A DNA stretch of 64,000 nt. Source: an uncultured cyanobacterium (lineage in GTDB: Bacteria; Cyanobacteriota; Cyanobacteriia; Cyanobacteriales; CAWCAG01). Each line of letters starts with the position of its first letter. Positions within the stretch are counted from its first letter, which is position 1. The notes below the pieces were generated by a model that did no database searches, was not told the origin of the DNA, and saw only the letters and a list, made by a program, of their open reading frames with translations. Made by a program: the position numbers and the translations under genes. The stretch covers positions 480,001-544,000 of the forward strand of contig CAWCAG010000007.1 of the NCBI GenBank assembly GCA_963793425.1, in the 5' to 3' direction. Positions 32,003 through 43,171 of this stretch are shown here, in pieces.

Positions 32003-32092
32003 AACTTTTTTCAGTTATCAGTTATCAGTTATCTAAATGGTCAATGAAGCCCAACGGCAACGGCAAGCCGTACATTGACCATTAACCATTGA

Positions 32093-33292
<1,200 letters not shown>

Positions 33293-33456
33293 TCAGGTAT
33301 TGGTACACTGTAGGGCATTTAAATCTCTTCAGAAAGTAAGATTGTATATCAAAATACTTTTATTTCTAAAGGAAGGGAATTTTTTTGACCATGAAAACTT
33401 GGAACGGGGATTTAAGCAATTAGCCGTAGAGTTAGTCGAGATAAATTAATAGCTGA

Positions 33457-33681
33457 TCAACTAACTACTTCAACTTCACTCTCTTTAAGATGGGCGCGAA
33501 ACTTCTTACTAAACTTAACTTGTACAGGTAAATTGGCGCTTACAGGTCTGCCTTTCCATTCTGTAACTATGGCAATAACCTCTCCCTCCATCCCTTGGAT
33601 ATCAAAAGGCTTTTTCCTGTTTTCGGGATGATGATAAACAATAACAGATGCAGTGACACGGACGCGATCGCCAACTTTCAT
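33457..33681 (-). CDS. ftrV: Ferredoxin-thioredoxin reductase variable chain
   Basis: MKVGDRVRV...VYHHP...WKGRPVSANLP...FRAHL. Confidence 0.92.
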   Translation of the reverse strand: MKVGDRVRVTASVIVYHHPENRKKPFDIQGMEGEVIAIVTEWKGRPVSANLPVQVKFSKKFRAHLKESEVEVVS

Positions 33682-33802
33682 ACAATTTGTCTTCTCTCTT
33701 AGTGAGCTTAAAATTGAACCTTTAAGCATTTGTCTACGACTTTACCATTTTTGCATACCACTACCCCAGACACTAGTGGTTTGTCAATTTTCAAGTGTCA
33801 CT

Positions 33803-34971
33803 TTATAGAACTTCTTCATAAACCTGAATCATTCGTTGTGCGATCGCCTGCCAACTATAATGAGAAGCGGCATAATCTTGAGCTTTTTCTCCTTTAGCCT
33901 TAAGTTCGTCCTTATTTTGCAAAGCTAATAGAATCCCTTCGGTTAAAGCCGTTACCTCACAACTAGTAACCCAACCAGCCTCTGCATCACGAACTTCTTG
34001 CCAAATATGAACTTGATCAGAGATTACCACTGGAGTTCCTGCTGCCATCGCCTCTGCTACGGCGATGCCAAAATTTTCATAATAGGAAGGCAGGATAAAT
34101 AAATCCGCATCTTGTAACAAGGCCAGCTTAAATTCTCCCCCGACAAAGCCAGTAATAGTACTGTGGTTAGCTAACCCAGAAGCTTGAATCTGCCCTTGAA
34201 TCTGCTTTTCATACTCAGGATCTTGGGGATTGGCCCCGCTAAAACAAAATGAAACTCTTGCCCCTGGTTTAATAAATTATTCAAAGCCGGTATCAGTAAA
34301 TCGAGTCCTTTTTTAGGATCAATACGAGACATAAATAAAAGCAGTGGCTTATGGGGGGGGATACCCAACTCAGCCCGTCCTTGACCCGCTTCTGGCCGAA
34401 ACTCTGGTAACTTCACTCCCAAAGGAACAATAAAATCTTTCGTCTTTGCCCCAAAACGTTGAGAAATTTTCGCTTCTTGGGCGCTAGTAAAATGAACTCC
34501 TGCGGCCCCAGCCAAATTCGGTTTTTCTAAAAGGGAACCATAAATAGTCTTCAGTTGCTTCTTTTTTTGCAAATCAGCAGGGTCAAGAGTTCCCAAAGGG
34601 CGTAGTAAATAGGGTAATCGTTGCAAACGTGCTACGGTAGCTGCTGCGGTACTAACAGGAGAGAAAAGAGCGTGTATATGTGCTAAATCATACTCTTCGC
34701 CATGAGCCACCAACCAACTTAAAAGGGTAGGGGAAAACTTATAACGGCGAAAGGGAGAACAGCGAAAATAACGTATTTCATAACCATCTTGCTTCACTGG
34801 TTCATTAAGAGGAACATTTAAAGGAGGTTGACCCACATCTCCATTAGAATCAGTGGTTAGTAAAGTAACCTCAACCCCCTCAGCCCCTAAAGCCCCGGCT
34901 AAACCAAGAACCATTTGACTAGGGCCACCGTAAACTAAAGAAACCGAAGGGACAATTTGTAAAACACGCAT
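33803..34971 (-). CDS. hpsP: GT4 glycosyltransferase, HpsP-like (hormogonium polysaccharide); one G missing at about 34234-34237
   Basis: MRVLQIVPSVSLVYGGPSQMV start; adding one G (GCG GGG GCC AAT CCC CAA GAT) joins it to ...ENFGIAVAEAM. Confidence 0.72.
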
Positions 34972-35271
34972 TTTGGGGGCATTTAATTATTGGGCGATTG
35001 AGTTTGTAAACAAACTATGACAAAAACTGAAGCTCAAAAATTCACTTTTCCCCAATGTAGCCTGCTTTACTCTCATCTCCCAAAGAAAGTTTCACAGGAC
35101 TTTTCAATAGCTTAAAGGGATGATGCTTAGGGCAGCAAGGGTTAAAAACACCTTGAGAAAGCAAACTTAAGTAGACAAAGAAGAGGAAAATTATCCTTTC
35201 CCCCTTACTTGAGATCACCTTTGCATCATAAACTTGAATTTAAGAGGTAAACGGCAGTTGAGAGGTTTTTT

Positions 35272-36561
35272 GTGAAAAGAGTATTAGGAATTATTTTGGG
35301 AGGAGGTGCTGGAACCCGTCTATATCCCTTAACAAAAGTACGGGCCAAACCAGCAGTTTCCTTAGCGGGGAAGTATCGCTTAATTGATATTCCGGTCAGT
35401 AATTGTATAAATTCAGAAATTTATAAACTTTATGTTCTCACTCAGTTTAATTCAACATCCTTAAACCGTCATATCGCCCAGACCTATAACTTTTCGGGCT
35501 TCACAGAAGGGTTTGTAGAAGTCTTGGCGGCACAACAAACTGCTGAGAATCCTGGTTGGTTTCAAGGAACGGCTGATGCTGTACGCCAATACCTCTGGCT
35601 ATTACAGGAATGGGATGTAGATGAGTATTTGATTCTTTCTGGAGATCATCTCTATCGCATGGACTATCGCGATTTTGTTCAACGTCATCGCGAAACAAAT
35701 GCGGATATTACTCTTTCTGTCGTACCGATTGATGAGAAAAGAGCATCTAGCTTTGGTTTAATGAAAATTGATGATAACGGTAGGATTATTGATTTCAGCG
35801 AGAAGCCAAAAGGTAATGCCCTCAAGCAAATGCAGGTAGATACCACAACCTTGGGATTACCTCCAGAAAAAGCCAGAAGAATGCCCTACATTGCTTCAAT
35901 GGGGATTTATGTCTTTAAAAAGGAAGTTCTTTGTAATTTGTTGAAAGCGAATCTTGAAGAAACTGACTTCGGAAAAGAGATTATTCCTGCTGCTGCCCCA
36001 GATCATAATGTTCAAGCTTACTTATTCAAAGGCTATTGGGAAGATATTGGTACAATTGAAGCTTTTTATGATGCTAATTTAGCTTTAACCAAGCAACCTG
36101 ATCCTGCCTTCAGCTTCTATGATGCCAATGCCCCCATTTATACTCGTTCACGTTACTTACCCCCCACAAAACACTTAGATTGTCAAGTAACCGAATCAAT
36201 GGTAGGAGATGGTTGTGTTATCAAATCCTGTCGTATTCACCACTCTGTTTTAGGAATCAGAACCAGGATAGAAGAAAACTGTAGTATTGAAGATAGCTTG
36301 ATTATGGGAGCAGATTTTTATGAATCTTCAGCCCAACGCCGAGCTTCTTTAGATAAAGGTAAACCTCCTGTGGGTGTTGGCAGCGAAAGTACAATTCGCC
36401 GCGCTATTCTTGATAAAAATGCCCGTATTGGTAATAAAGTTCTGATTCTTAACAAAGATCGTATTGAAGAAGCTAATCGTGAAGAGCAAGGCTTCTATAT
36501 CCGTAGTGGCATTGTCGTTGTGTTAAAAAATGCTGTAATCCCAGACGGGACAGTAATTTAA
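35272..36561 (+). CDS. glgC: Glucose-1-phosphate adenylyltransferase
   Basis: [29 protein letters not shown] and YWEDIGT motifs. Confidence 0.97.
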   Translation: MKRVLGIILGGGAGTRLYPLTKVRAKPAVSLAGKYRLIDIPVSNCINSEIYKLYVLTQFNSTSLNRHIAQTYNFSGFTEGFVEVLAAQQTAENPGWFQGTADAVRQYLWLLQEWDVDEYLILSGDHLYRMDYRDFVQRHRETNADITLSVVPIDEKRASSFGLMKIDDNGRIIDFSEKPKGNALKQMQVDTTTLGLPPEKARRMPYIASMGIYVFKKEVLCNLLKANLEETDFGKEIIPAAAPDHNVQAYLFKGYWEDIGTIEAFYDANLALTKQPDPAFSFYDANAPIYTRSRYLPPTKHLDCQVTESMVGDGCVIKSCRIHHSVLGIRTRIEENCSIEDSLIMGADFYESSAQRRASLDKGKPPVGVGSESTIRRAILDKNARIGNKVLILNKDRIEEANREEQGFYIRSGIVVVLKNAVIPDGTVI

Positions 36562-36693
36562 CCACCTCGGATGAGGGAGTAGTAAACTGATAAAAGGCGA
36601 CCCTATAGAAGTTATTAACCTTAACGAATACTAAAATGGGCCGCTTTTTATCTATTTGCAAACATACAATAATTAAAACGAGATAGAGGCATA

Positions 36694-37002
36694 ATGAGTC
36701 AACGCGATGGTTTCACCGGGGGATTTTTAACAGGAGTAGTTGTTGGTGGCATTTTTGGAGGTTTAATGGGGGCGCTAGTTGCCTCTAAAAGCGAGAGAGA
36801 AACCGCAGAAGAAAAAGATTCTTTACTTAAGAACAACAATCAACCAGAGATTGCGGCTGGAACAGAAGAAAGTATCGAATTTGCCCGTCGTAGCTTAGAA
36901 GATAAGATCGCCCAACTAAATTTAGCCATTGATGATGTACGTCAGCAACTAGGTACGGTTAATGGCAAAAGCATTGGTGTAGAGATAGAAAATGATTATT
37001 AG
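36694..37002 (+). CDS. Conserved cyanobacterial protein with a Gly-rich TM anchor and coiled coil, upstream of yggT
   Basis: GFTGGFLTG...GG; ARRSLEDKIAQLNLAIDDVRQQL. Confidence 0.75.
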   Translation: MSQRDGFTGGFLTGVVVGGIFGGLMGALVASKSERETAEEKDSLLKNNNQPEIAAGTEESIEFARRSLEDKIAQLNLAIDDVRQQLGTVNGKSIGVEIENDY

Positions 37003-37101
37003 TTCTTATCTAGGAAGTTGCTAAATTAACGAAGGGCAGTTCTACAAATCCAGTAGAATAGGTGTATTAAGACAATTCAGCCAAAAAGGTTCTAAAAACT
37101 T

Positions 37102-37374
37102 ATGAGCGCTACTCAACTGTTCGCTACTAGCCTTGCCAACTTTATCTCGATTTATTCTCTGTTACTTTTGGTGAGAATTCTGCTAACGTGGTTTCAAACT
37201 ATGGAATGGGCCAATAATATTGCTGCTTTCTTGAGTCCCATTACTGATCCTTATTTAAACATTTTCCGTTCCTTTATTCCTCCCCTGGGCGGCATCGACT
37301 TGTCTCCCATCGTGGCAATTTTCGTTCTCAATTTTATTGGCTCTCAGTTAGGTAGATTAAGCCAAATAATTTAA
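37102..37374 (+). CDS. YggT/YlmG family membrane protein
   Basis: LLVRILLTWF, ITDPYLNIFR and PPLGGIDLSPIVA motifs. Confidence 0.92.
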   Translation: MSATQLFATSLANFISIYSLLLLVRILLTWFQTMEWANNIAAFLSPITDPYLNIFRSFIPPLGGIDLSPIVAIFVLNFIGSQLGRLSQII

Positions 37375-37811
37375 TAGTAGTAAGGGCGAACTTTTCTGGC
37401 AAAACCAGAAGCTTTAAATTGCTTAAGCTGAAGAGGCGTTGGTTGATTTGCAGGTACACTAATCCTGATTTGAAAATCACTAACGCCAGGAGGAATTTCT
37501 TCAATAGAACCAATGCGATTACGGTTTTGCATCGCTGGGTTGCCGTTGGCATCGTAAATGCGACCGAAAACATCAGCATCCACCACCAGCTTGCTAGTAG
37601 AGTTATTAACCTTGCCACTAACAACAAAACAGTTAGCTGCCCTAGTTGAACCAGTACCAACAAATCCTTCTGACAATTCAGCAGAACATTCTTGGTAGGA
37701 AAGATCAGAAATTTTAACTTGAGTCAAAGCAAAAGCTTGAGGAGCAACCAAGGAACTAAAAAGCCAAAAGCAAAGGGAAATAGCTATAACAGTTAAAGCT
37801 CGAATACTCAT
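37371..37811 (-). CDS. Conserved cyanobacterial exported protein
   Basis: Signal peptide (AFA-L); DADVFGRIYDANG...PLQLKQFKASGF. Confidence 0.7.
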   Translation of the reverse strand: MSIRALTVIAISLCFWLFSSLVAPQAFALTQVKISDLSYQECSAELSEGFVGTGSTRAANCFVVSGKVNNSTSKLVVDADVFGRIYDANGNPAMQNRNRIGSIEEIPPGVSDFQIRISVPANQPTPLQLKQFKASGFARKVRPYYY

Positions 37812-38029
37812 AAAACCGGATGCTCTCAATTATTTTGTGGAATAATGCCTTGATCTTAAGATAACGCGGATTAGTTATCAATTAAATTTTAGTTAATTTG
37901 CGGTGCATTAATTACTTAAGAGTCAATACTCAACATCTGGTTTTCATGAAATTAAGAGTATAGTGCTAGAGTCAAGGACAAAAGGGGATTTAGCATCAAA
38001 ATCAATTATTAGCTTTATAATTTGCACCC

Positions 38030-39124
38030 ATGGTATTGCCAACTAATTTAACCAAACGCTATCAACATATTCTTTGGGCTACCGTTCGTCACTATATCGC
38101 TACAGCAGAACCAGTGGGTTCAAAAACTTTATATAATCAATATGACTTTAGGGTTGCCGCCACAATCCGTAATGCTATGGGGCGTTTAGAAAAGGCTGGT
38201 TTACTCTATCAACCCTATACTTCTTCTGGTAGGATTCCTTCAGACTCTGGTTATCGAATTTATGTAGATAACCTCATGACTCCGGATGAAGCTTTAGGCA
38301 ATAGGGTAGAAGAGTTGCTGAGTAGTAAGCTTAATTGGGATTCTTGGAGTTTCGAGGATCTTTTGCGGGGGGCAGCCCAGATTATTGCTACCCTAAGCGG
38401 TCATATTGCCCTAATTACTATGCCCCAACATTCTACTACGAGATTGCGTTACTTAAAGTTAGTCGAAATTGGGCAACAACAAATCATGTTAATTGTGGTG
38501 ACAGATTGCCATAAATCTCAATCTATTCTTATGGAAAGAAACTCAACACAGAAAAGAGAAGATGGAGTAGATATACAGTTAACAGAAAGAGAACTAAATA
38601 TGCTTTCTAATTTTCTTAATAGTAAGTTGCAAGGACATTTGCTATCAGAATTAGCTTGCATAGATTGGGGAGAATTAGACCGAGAATTTGAATGTTATGC
38701 AGATTTTTTGCAAGTATTGCAAAAGGAATTAACTCGCCGTTCCCAAGCCCCTAAATCTAATCCTATTATGGTTAGGGGGCTTTCAGAAGTTCTACGCCAA
38801 CCAGAATTTTCCCAATTAGAACAAGTGCAAATGTTGCTACATTTATTAGAAGAAGAACAAGAGCAGCTTTTACCCTTAATCTTAGCTATCCCAGGAGCAG
38901 AAAGTAATCAAAAGCGAGTTACTGTGAGAATTGGTGCGGAAAATCCTCTTCAACCTTTGACAACTTGTACTTTAATTTCTGCTTTATATTGGCAAAATGA
39001 AGTCCCTTTAGGCAGTGTTGGTATTATCGGTCCAACGCGAATGTTATATGAAAATGCCATTCCTTTAGTAGAGTCAGCAGCAGATTATCTTTCTAGTACT
39101 TTAACTCAGGTTTTTGCATTTTAA
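38030..39124 (+). CDS. hrcA: Heat-inducible transcription repressor
   Basis: YIATAEPVGSK, ATIRN, GRIPSDSGYRIYVD and GIIGPTRM motifs. Confidence 0.93.
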   Translation: MVLPTNLTKRYQHILWATVRHYIATAEPVGSKTLYNQYDFRVAATIRNAMGRLEKAGLLYQPYTSSGRIPSDSGYRIYVDNLMTPDEALGNRVEELLSSKLNWDSWSFEDLLRGAAQIIATLSGHIALITMPQHSTTRLRYLKLVEIGQQQIMLIVVTDCHKSQSILMERNSTQKREDGVDIQLTERELNMLSNFLNSKLQGHLLSELACIDWGELDREFECYADFLQVLQKELTRRSQAPKSNPIMVRGLSEVLRQPEFSQLEQVQMLLHLLEEEQEQLLPLILAIPGAESNQKRVTVRIGAENPLQPLTTCTLISALYWQNEVPLGSVGIIGPTRMLYENAIPLVESAADYLSSTLTQVFAF

Positions 39125-39130
39125 GCGACG

Positions 39131-39877
39131 ATGGAAATAATCAACTCAAAAATACAGTCCATCCTCAAGCTAGAGGGCTTGAGTTTAGCTACATATGTGG
39201 GAAATGTTTATTTATTACAAGATATCTTTTTTACTGTTTATCCTGGGGAATTTATTGGTATTGTTGGTGCTTCGGGGGCGGGAAAAACTTCTCTTTTACG
39301 CTTAATTAATCGTCTTGGAGAAGCGACTTCTGGCGCAATTTTTTTTGAAGGGAAAACAATTAAGCAAATACCCATTCAGAAATTACGCCAACAAATAGTT
39401 CTCGTCTCTCAAGAGCCTAAACTATTAGGAATGAAGGTAGAAGAAGCCCTAGCTTATCCTCTAAGGCTTAGAAAAATTTCTTCCCAAGAAATCTCCTCTC
39501 AAGTAAATAAATGGCTGGATAAATTAAAGATTAATCCAGATTGGTTAGAGCGCAATGAACTACAACTTTCTACTGGACAAAAACAACTTATTGCTATTGC
39601 TCGTGGTTTAATTATAGAACCCAAAGTTTTATTATTAGATGAACCAACTTCAGCTTTAGATATAGAACAAACAGAGCATTTACTAAAGGTTCTTAGGGAA
39701 TTAACCACCGAAAAGAAAACCACCATAATCATGGTTAATCATCAACTGGAGTTGATTAAAAGATTTTGTCAACGCATCCTTTACCTAAAACAGGGAAAAT
39801 TACAGCAAGATGCTCTAAGCAAAGAAGTTAATTGGTTGCAATTAGAAAAAAGTCTGAAAGAAGCAGAATTATACTAA
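39131..39877 (+). CDS. ABC transporter ATP-binding protein
   Basis: GASGAGKT, LSTGQKQ and LLLDEPT motifs. Confidence 0.88.
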   Translation: MEIINSKIQSILKLEGLSLATYVGNVYLLQDIFFTVYPGEFIGIVGASGAGKTSLLRLINRLGEATSGAIFFEGKTIKQIPIQKLRQQIVLVSQEPKLLGMKVEEALAYPLRLRKISSQEISSQVNKWLDKLKINPDWLERNELQLSTGQKQLIAIARGLIIEPKVLLLDEPTSALDIEQTEHLLKVLRELTTEKKTTIIMVNHQLELIKRFCQRILYLKQGKLQQDALSKEVNWLQLEKSLKEAELY

Positions 39878-40123
39878 ATCCGATGTATAAAAGCCAATAA
39901 TGAATTAAACATAAGTTAACCAAACGATAATTCGTTACTGGTGTTTCTATTTTGTTTGTACACAACTTTTTAGGGATAATACTTCAAACAATTTTCAAGT
40001 TGAGAATATTCACCTGCTGCATTTTTTTGTAAGCTACAGTATCAATTGTCGTCATTTCTGTTCTTTTAGCAGATAGTATTTCGTACTCAAATATCTCAGC
40101 AACAACGTAAAACTGTTCTCTTT

Positions 40124-41272
40124 CTATGGCCAAACTTGTTTACCTTGTTTGTCAATGTAAACATACTCGCCTTCTAAGGTAGAGTGCCATAATGTGTTCT
40201 CAAAATTATTTACATAATCTAAACGGGCCGGTACAACCATTTGGCCAGTCTTATCAATAAGTCCCCACTTACTATTAGATTTTACAGGGGCCAATCCGTT
40301 AGTAAATTCTTCCGCTATTTGAAACTGTGATTCGATAGCTATTTTTCCTGTTTCGTCAATATAACCCATCTTATTATTTAGTTTTATGGGAGCTAAACCT
40401 TCAGCAAATTTTCCTGCAAACTCAAATTGAGGAGAAATAGCCCACTTACCTTTCGAGTTAATAAATCCCCATTTTCCTTTACTCTCAGCAGCAGCCAAAC
40501 CTTCTGAAAAACTGCTTGTCCATCCTAACCAAGGACGGACTACCCATTTTCCTTTTTTGTTGATGAAGCCCCAGCCACCATATTTAACAGCAGCTACTCC
40601 TTCTGAAAATGATTCTGCTGCCTCAAATTTAGCTTTGCTTACTTGTCTACCTTCGTTATCAACAAAACCCACTAAATTATTTTGGAAAAACTTAGCTCGT
40701 CCTTCTGAAAATTGGGCTACAGATTCATACTGTGGTGATACTATAAATTCACCAGTTTTGTTAATGAAACCCCACTTGCCATCTTTTTGAGCAGCAGCTA
40801 AACCTTCTGAAAAGTTATTAAGTTGAGCAAATTGATTCTTGACTACCAATGTTTCCTGATGGTCGATAGCTCCCCAAAGATTATCTATTTTGACTAACGC
40901 TAGTCCTTCCACAAAAGGTCTAACTTCAGCAAATTGAGGGCTAATAACTACTTTACCTTTTGTGTTAACAAAACCCCATTTACCTTCTATTTTTACAGCA
41001 GCAAGTCCTTCAGAGAAGGTAGTAGCATCAGCAAATTGAAGAGGAATCATTATCTGACCTGAGTTGTCAATATAACCATATTTGCCCTGTTCATTGACAA
41101 GATATCTTTCTTCGGACATATTACTAAGCTCTGAGGAAGAAATTGTTACAGAATTCAATTTATTAGAGTTACTTGAGACTAGTTGGGGAACCTGGCAACT
41201 GCTAAGGATAAAACTAATAGTAATAGTTATCCAGAAGTGGATTGTAATTTCTTTAATAATTGATCTGCTCAT
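40124..41272 (-). CDS. WG-repeat (KWG) lipoprotein; candidate immunity protein
   Basis: Lipobox-like ILSSC; about 9 repeats of FSEGLAAV..GKWGFIxKxG. Confidence 0.88.
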   Translation of the reverse strand: MSRSIIKEITIHFWITITISFILSSCQVPQLVSSNSNKLNSVTISSSELSNMSEERYLVNEQGKYGYIDNSGQIMIPLQFADATTFSEGLAAVKIEGKWGFVNTKGKVVISPQFAEVRPFVEGLALVKIDNLWGAIDHQETLVVKNQFAQLNNFSEGLAAAQKDGKWGFINKTGEFIVSPQYESVAQFSEGRAKFFQNNLVGFVDNEGRQVSKAKFEAAESFSEGVAAVKYGGWGFINKKGKWVVRPWLGWTSSFSEGLAAAESKGKWGFINSKGKWAISPQFEFAGKFAEGLAPIKLNNKMGYIDETGKIAIESQFQIAEEFTNGLAPVKSNSKWGLIDKTGQMVVPARLDYVNNFENTLWHSTLEGEYVYIDKQGKQVWP

Positions 41273-41306
41273 CTAGCTTCTAAATCAGAATGTTTTTTTG
41301 AAGACA

Positions 41307-42629
41307 TTAAGACTCATTCTTAATGGTAATTCTGCCTACACTTCTTGAATCTTTTCTAGATTGGATTAAATAAGCCCATATTTGTTCCCAATGTTCTGTA
41401 TTAACAACTGTGACACAACCTTGGCTCACCATACCTGGATGTAGATAGCGATCTCCACTATTACCGATACGGAACCAAGTTGTGGCGTAGTTACCATATG
41501 CGGCTCCAAGACTATGTTGATAGTCAGGAATTTCTAGATCGTATGTACCTGAAGGAATAGGATTGGTAGCATCCATATGTGCGCTTATGGGACCGAAGCT
41601 ACCAAAATTAAACTGACCATTCCACACATTTCCAAAATCCTTGACTTTTGTCCAAGTTACCTGAGCTGAACTATTAGGATTGAGGTAATGACCCAATTGG
41701 TCTGTGCTTACCTTTGCTTTTTTGTCTTTATAATACCCTTCGTGAATTTTAATCCTTCTTACGTCTCCTTCGTTAGTTAATAGGGTAACTTTGAGAGTAT
41801 GTGGAAGTTCTACAGGCTCTCCAGGGATATGGAAAGGACCAAGATAACCACTTTTTAAATCAGCCCATCCTGGGTGCTGTGGAGCTACAATACGACGATA
41901 CGTACCTCCTCTAGCAATCAATTGCTCTTCATTTCCCCTAGAAGCTGCTTGCTCAGATTGCGAATCTTCCTTTTTAGCAACAAAGCTGTTGTTATCTGGA
42001 ATGGATGAAGTGTTCTTTTGATAGTCTTTTAATAAAGGCTGAACAGACTCTCCAGCAGCTACCTTAGCCCCCACAGCATCAGCCTCCACCTCATACTTAT
42101 CTCCCACCTTGCCCATCTCCCCCGCAAGTTGTACCTTACCGGATTGTTGCTGGACAACATGAGTTCCTTCATGGGCAGCTAACTCAACGCTAGGAGGCTT
42201 TTGGAAAGCAATCTTGTTCCCCATTGTATAAGCCTGCGCCCCCAATTGCTTACTCGCTGCTGTTGCTGGGCCACCGATATAAGCTTGGACATGGGATAAA
42301 TCTTGTCCAAATGACCTTTGAATTCTATCTAAATGGGGTAACGCTACAGGGGAACCTGTAAAACCTGTAGCAGCAATCTGGGTGGGAGAATGATTAGCTT
42401 CTTCACCTCCACATTTGGCACATTTAGCTTGTACCTGTAAACCAGAACACATATTATCCCACATGGCCTTTTCACCGGCTATTTGCTGTTGCGTTGATGA
42501 CTTCTTTTGAACTACAGGATTAGGAGTAGCTTTTTGTTGTACAGGTTGAAAGTGAGGGGCAGAATTAATAGTTGGCTTTGGTACAGGAGGAATAAAAGAG
42601 CTAGATTTTTGGACAAGTTTGTGACTCAT
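41307..42629 (-). CDS. DUF4157 (eCIS-core) protein with a C-terminal L,D-transpeptidase/Tlde1-like predicted toxin domain
   Basis: LPHLDRIQRSFGQDLSHVQAY...GAQAYTMGNKIAF...AAHEGTHVVQQ...YEVEAD core; C-terminal PIPSGTY...YLHPGMVSQGCVTV. Confidence 0.8.
   Translation of the reverse strand: MSHKLVQKSSSFIPPVPKPTINSAPHFQPVQQKATPNPVVQKKSSTQQQIAGEKAMWDNMCSGLQVQAKCAKCGGEEANHSPTQIAATGFTGSPVALPHLDRIQRSFGQDLSHVQAYIGGPATAASKQLGAQAYTMGNKIAFQKPPSVELAAHEGTHVVQQQSGKVQLAGEMGKVGDKYEVEADAVGAKVAAGESVQPLLKDYQKNTSSIPDNNSFVAKKEDSQSEQAASRGNEEQLIARGGTYRRIVAPQHPGWADLKSGYLGPFHIPGEPVELPHTLKVTLLTNEGDVRRIKIHEGYYKDKKAKVSTDQLGHYLNPNSSAQVTWTKVKDFGNVWNGQFNFGSFGPISAHMDATNPIPSGTYDLEIPDYQHSLGAAYGNYATTWFRIGNSGDRYLHPGMVSQGCVTVVNTEHWEQIWAYLIQSRKDSRSVGRITIKNES
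42299..42629 (-). repeat. 331-bp direct repeat, copy 1 (shared 5' module of the two effector genes)
   Basis: Nearly identical to 43771..44101. Confidence 0.92.
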
Positions 42630-42668
42630 GGTTAGTGACGGAAGGAAGATAATTTGAGTAGAAAACAG

Positions 42669-42710
42669 TGCTTCTTAAACATTGCTTCTTAAACATTGCT
42701 TCTCAAACAT
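42669..42710. repeat. 14-bp tandem repeat x3 (TGCTTCTYAAACAT)
   Basis: tgcttcttaaacat tgcttcttaaacat tgcttctcaaacat. Confidence 0.85.
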
Positions 42711-42766
42711 TCTGTTACGGAAACATCTTTTAAAATGAGTTCCAATGTGAACTTTCGTCAAAATAA

Positions 42767-43162
42767 CTAAAGACCGATTAATCCTGTTGAAACAGAAACA
42801 TTGACAACTTTGCCTTCTTGATGATCAATTGCCACTAACCATCTTCTTGAAACAAGCAATGCTTTGCTAAGCAACAGTTTGCTAAAGTCACAATGAAGAA
42901 AATCTTTCTCCTCAGTAGTTCCAAAAGTTTCATCTTGGAGATATCTACACTTAAAGCGATTTTCCTCCATTACTTTTTTTGCTTGGAAAACAGGACTACC
43001 CACCGAAATATGAGCTAGAATCTCTTTTTCCATCAAGCGTGGATCTTCATAAAACTTGATTTTGTTTACCATTGATTTACTCGCAAAGTTAAAAGCAACG
43101 TACACAATGATTCCTACTAGGAAAAGAAGTAAAAAGTTTAGTGGTTTTTGATATATATTCAT
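42767..43162 (-). CDS. Small membrane-anchored protein; candidate immunity protein
   Basis: One N-terminal TM helix, two Cys, starts about 10 bp after the stop of the upstream effector. Confidence 0.7.
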   Translation of the reverse strand: MNIYQKPLNFLLLFLVGIIVYVAFNFASKSMVNKIKFYEDPRLMEKEILAHISVGSPVFQAKKVMEENRFKCRYLQDETFGTTEEKDFLHCDFSKLLLSKALLVSRRWLVAIDHQEGKVVNVSVSTGLIGL

Positions 43163-43171
43163 GTTGTTGAG

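Noticed and set aside
39980..40130. Short open minus-strand frame after the WG-repeat gene (AIEREQFYVVAEIFEY...)
   Set aside because: It has no clear start or recognisable family; it may be a gene remnant but cannot be supported.
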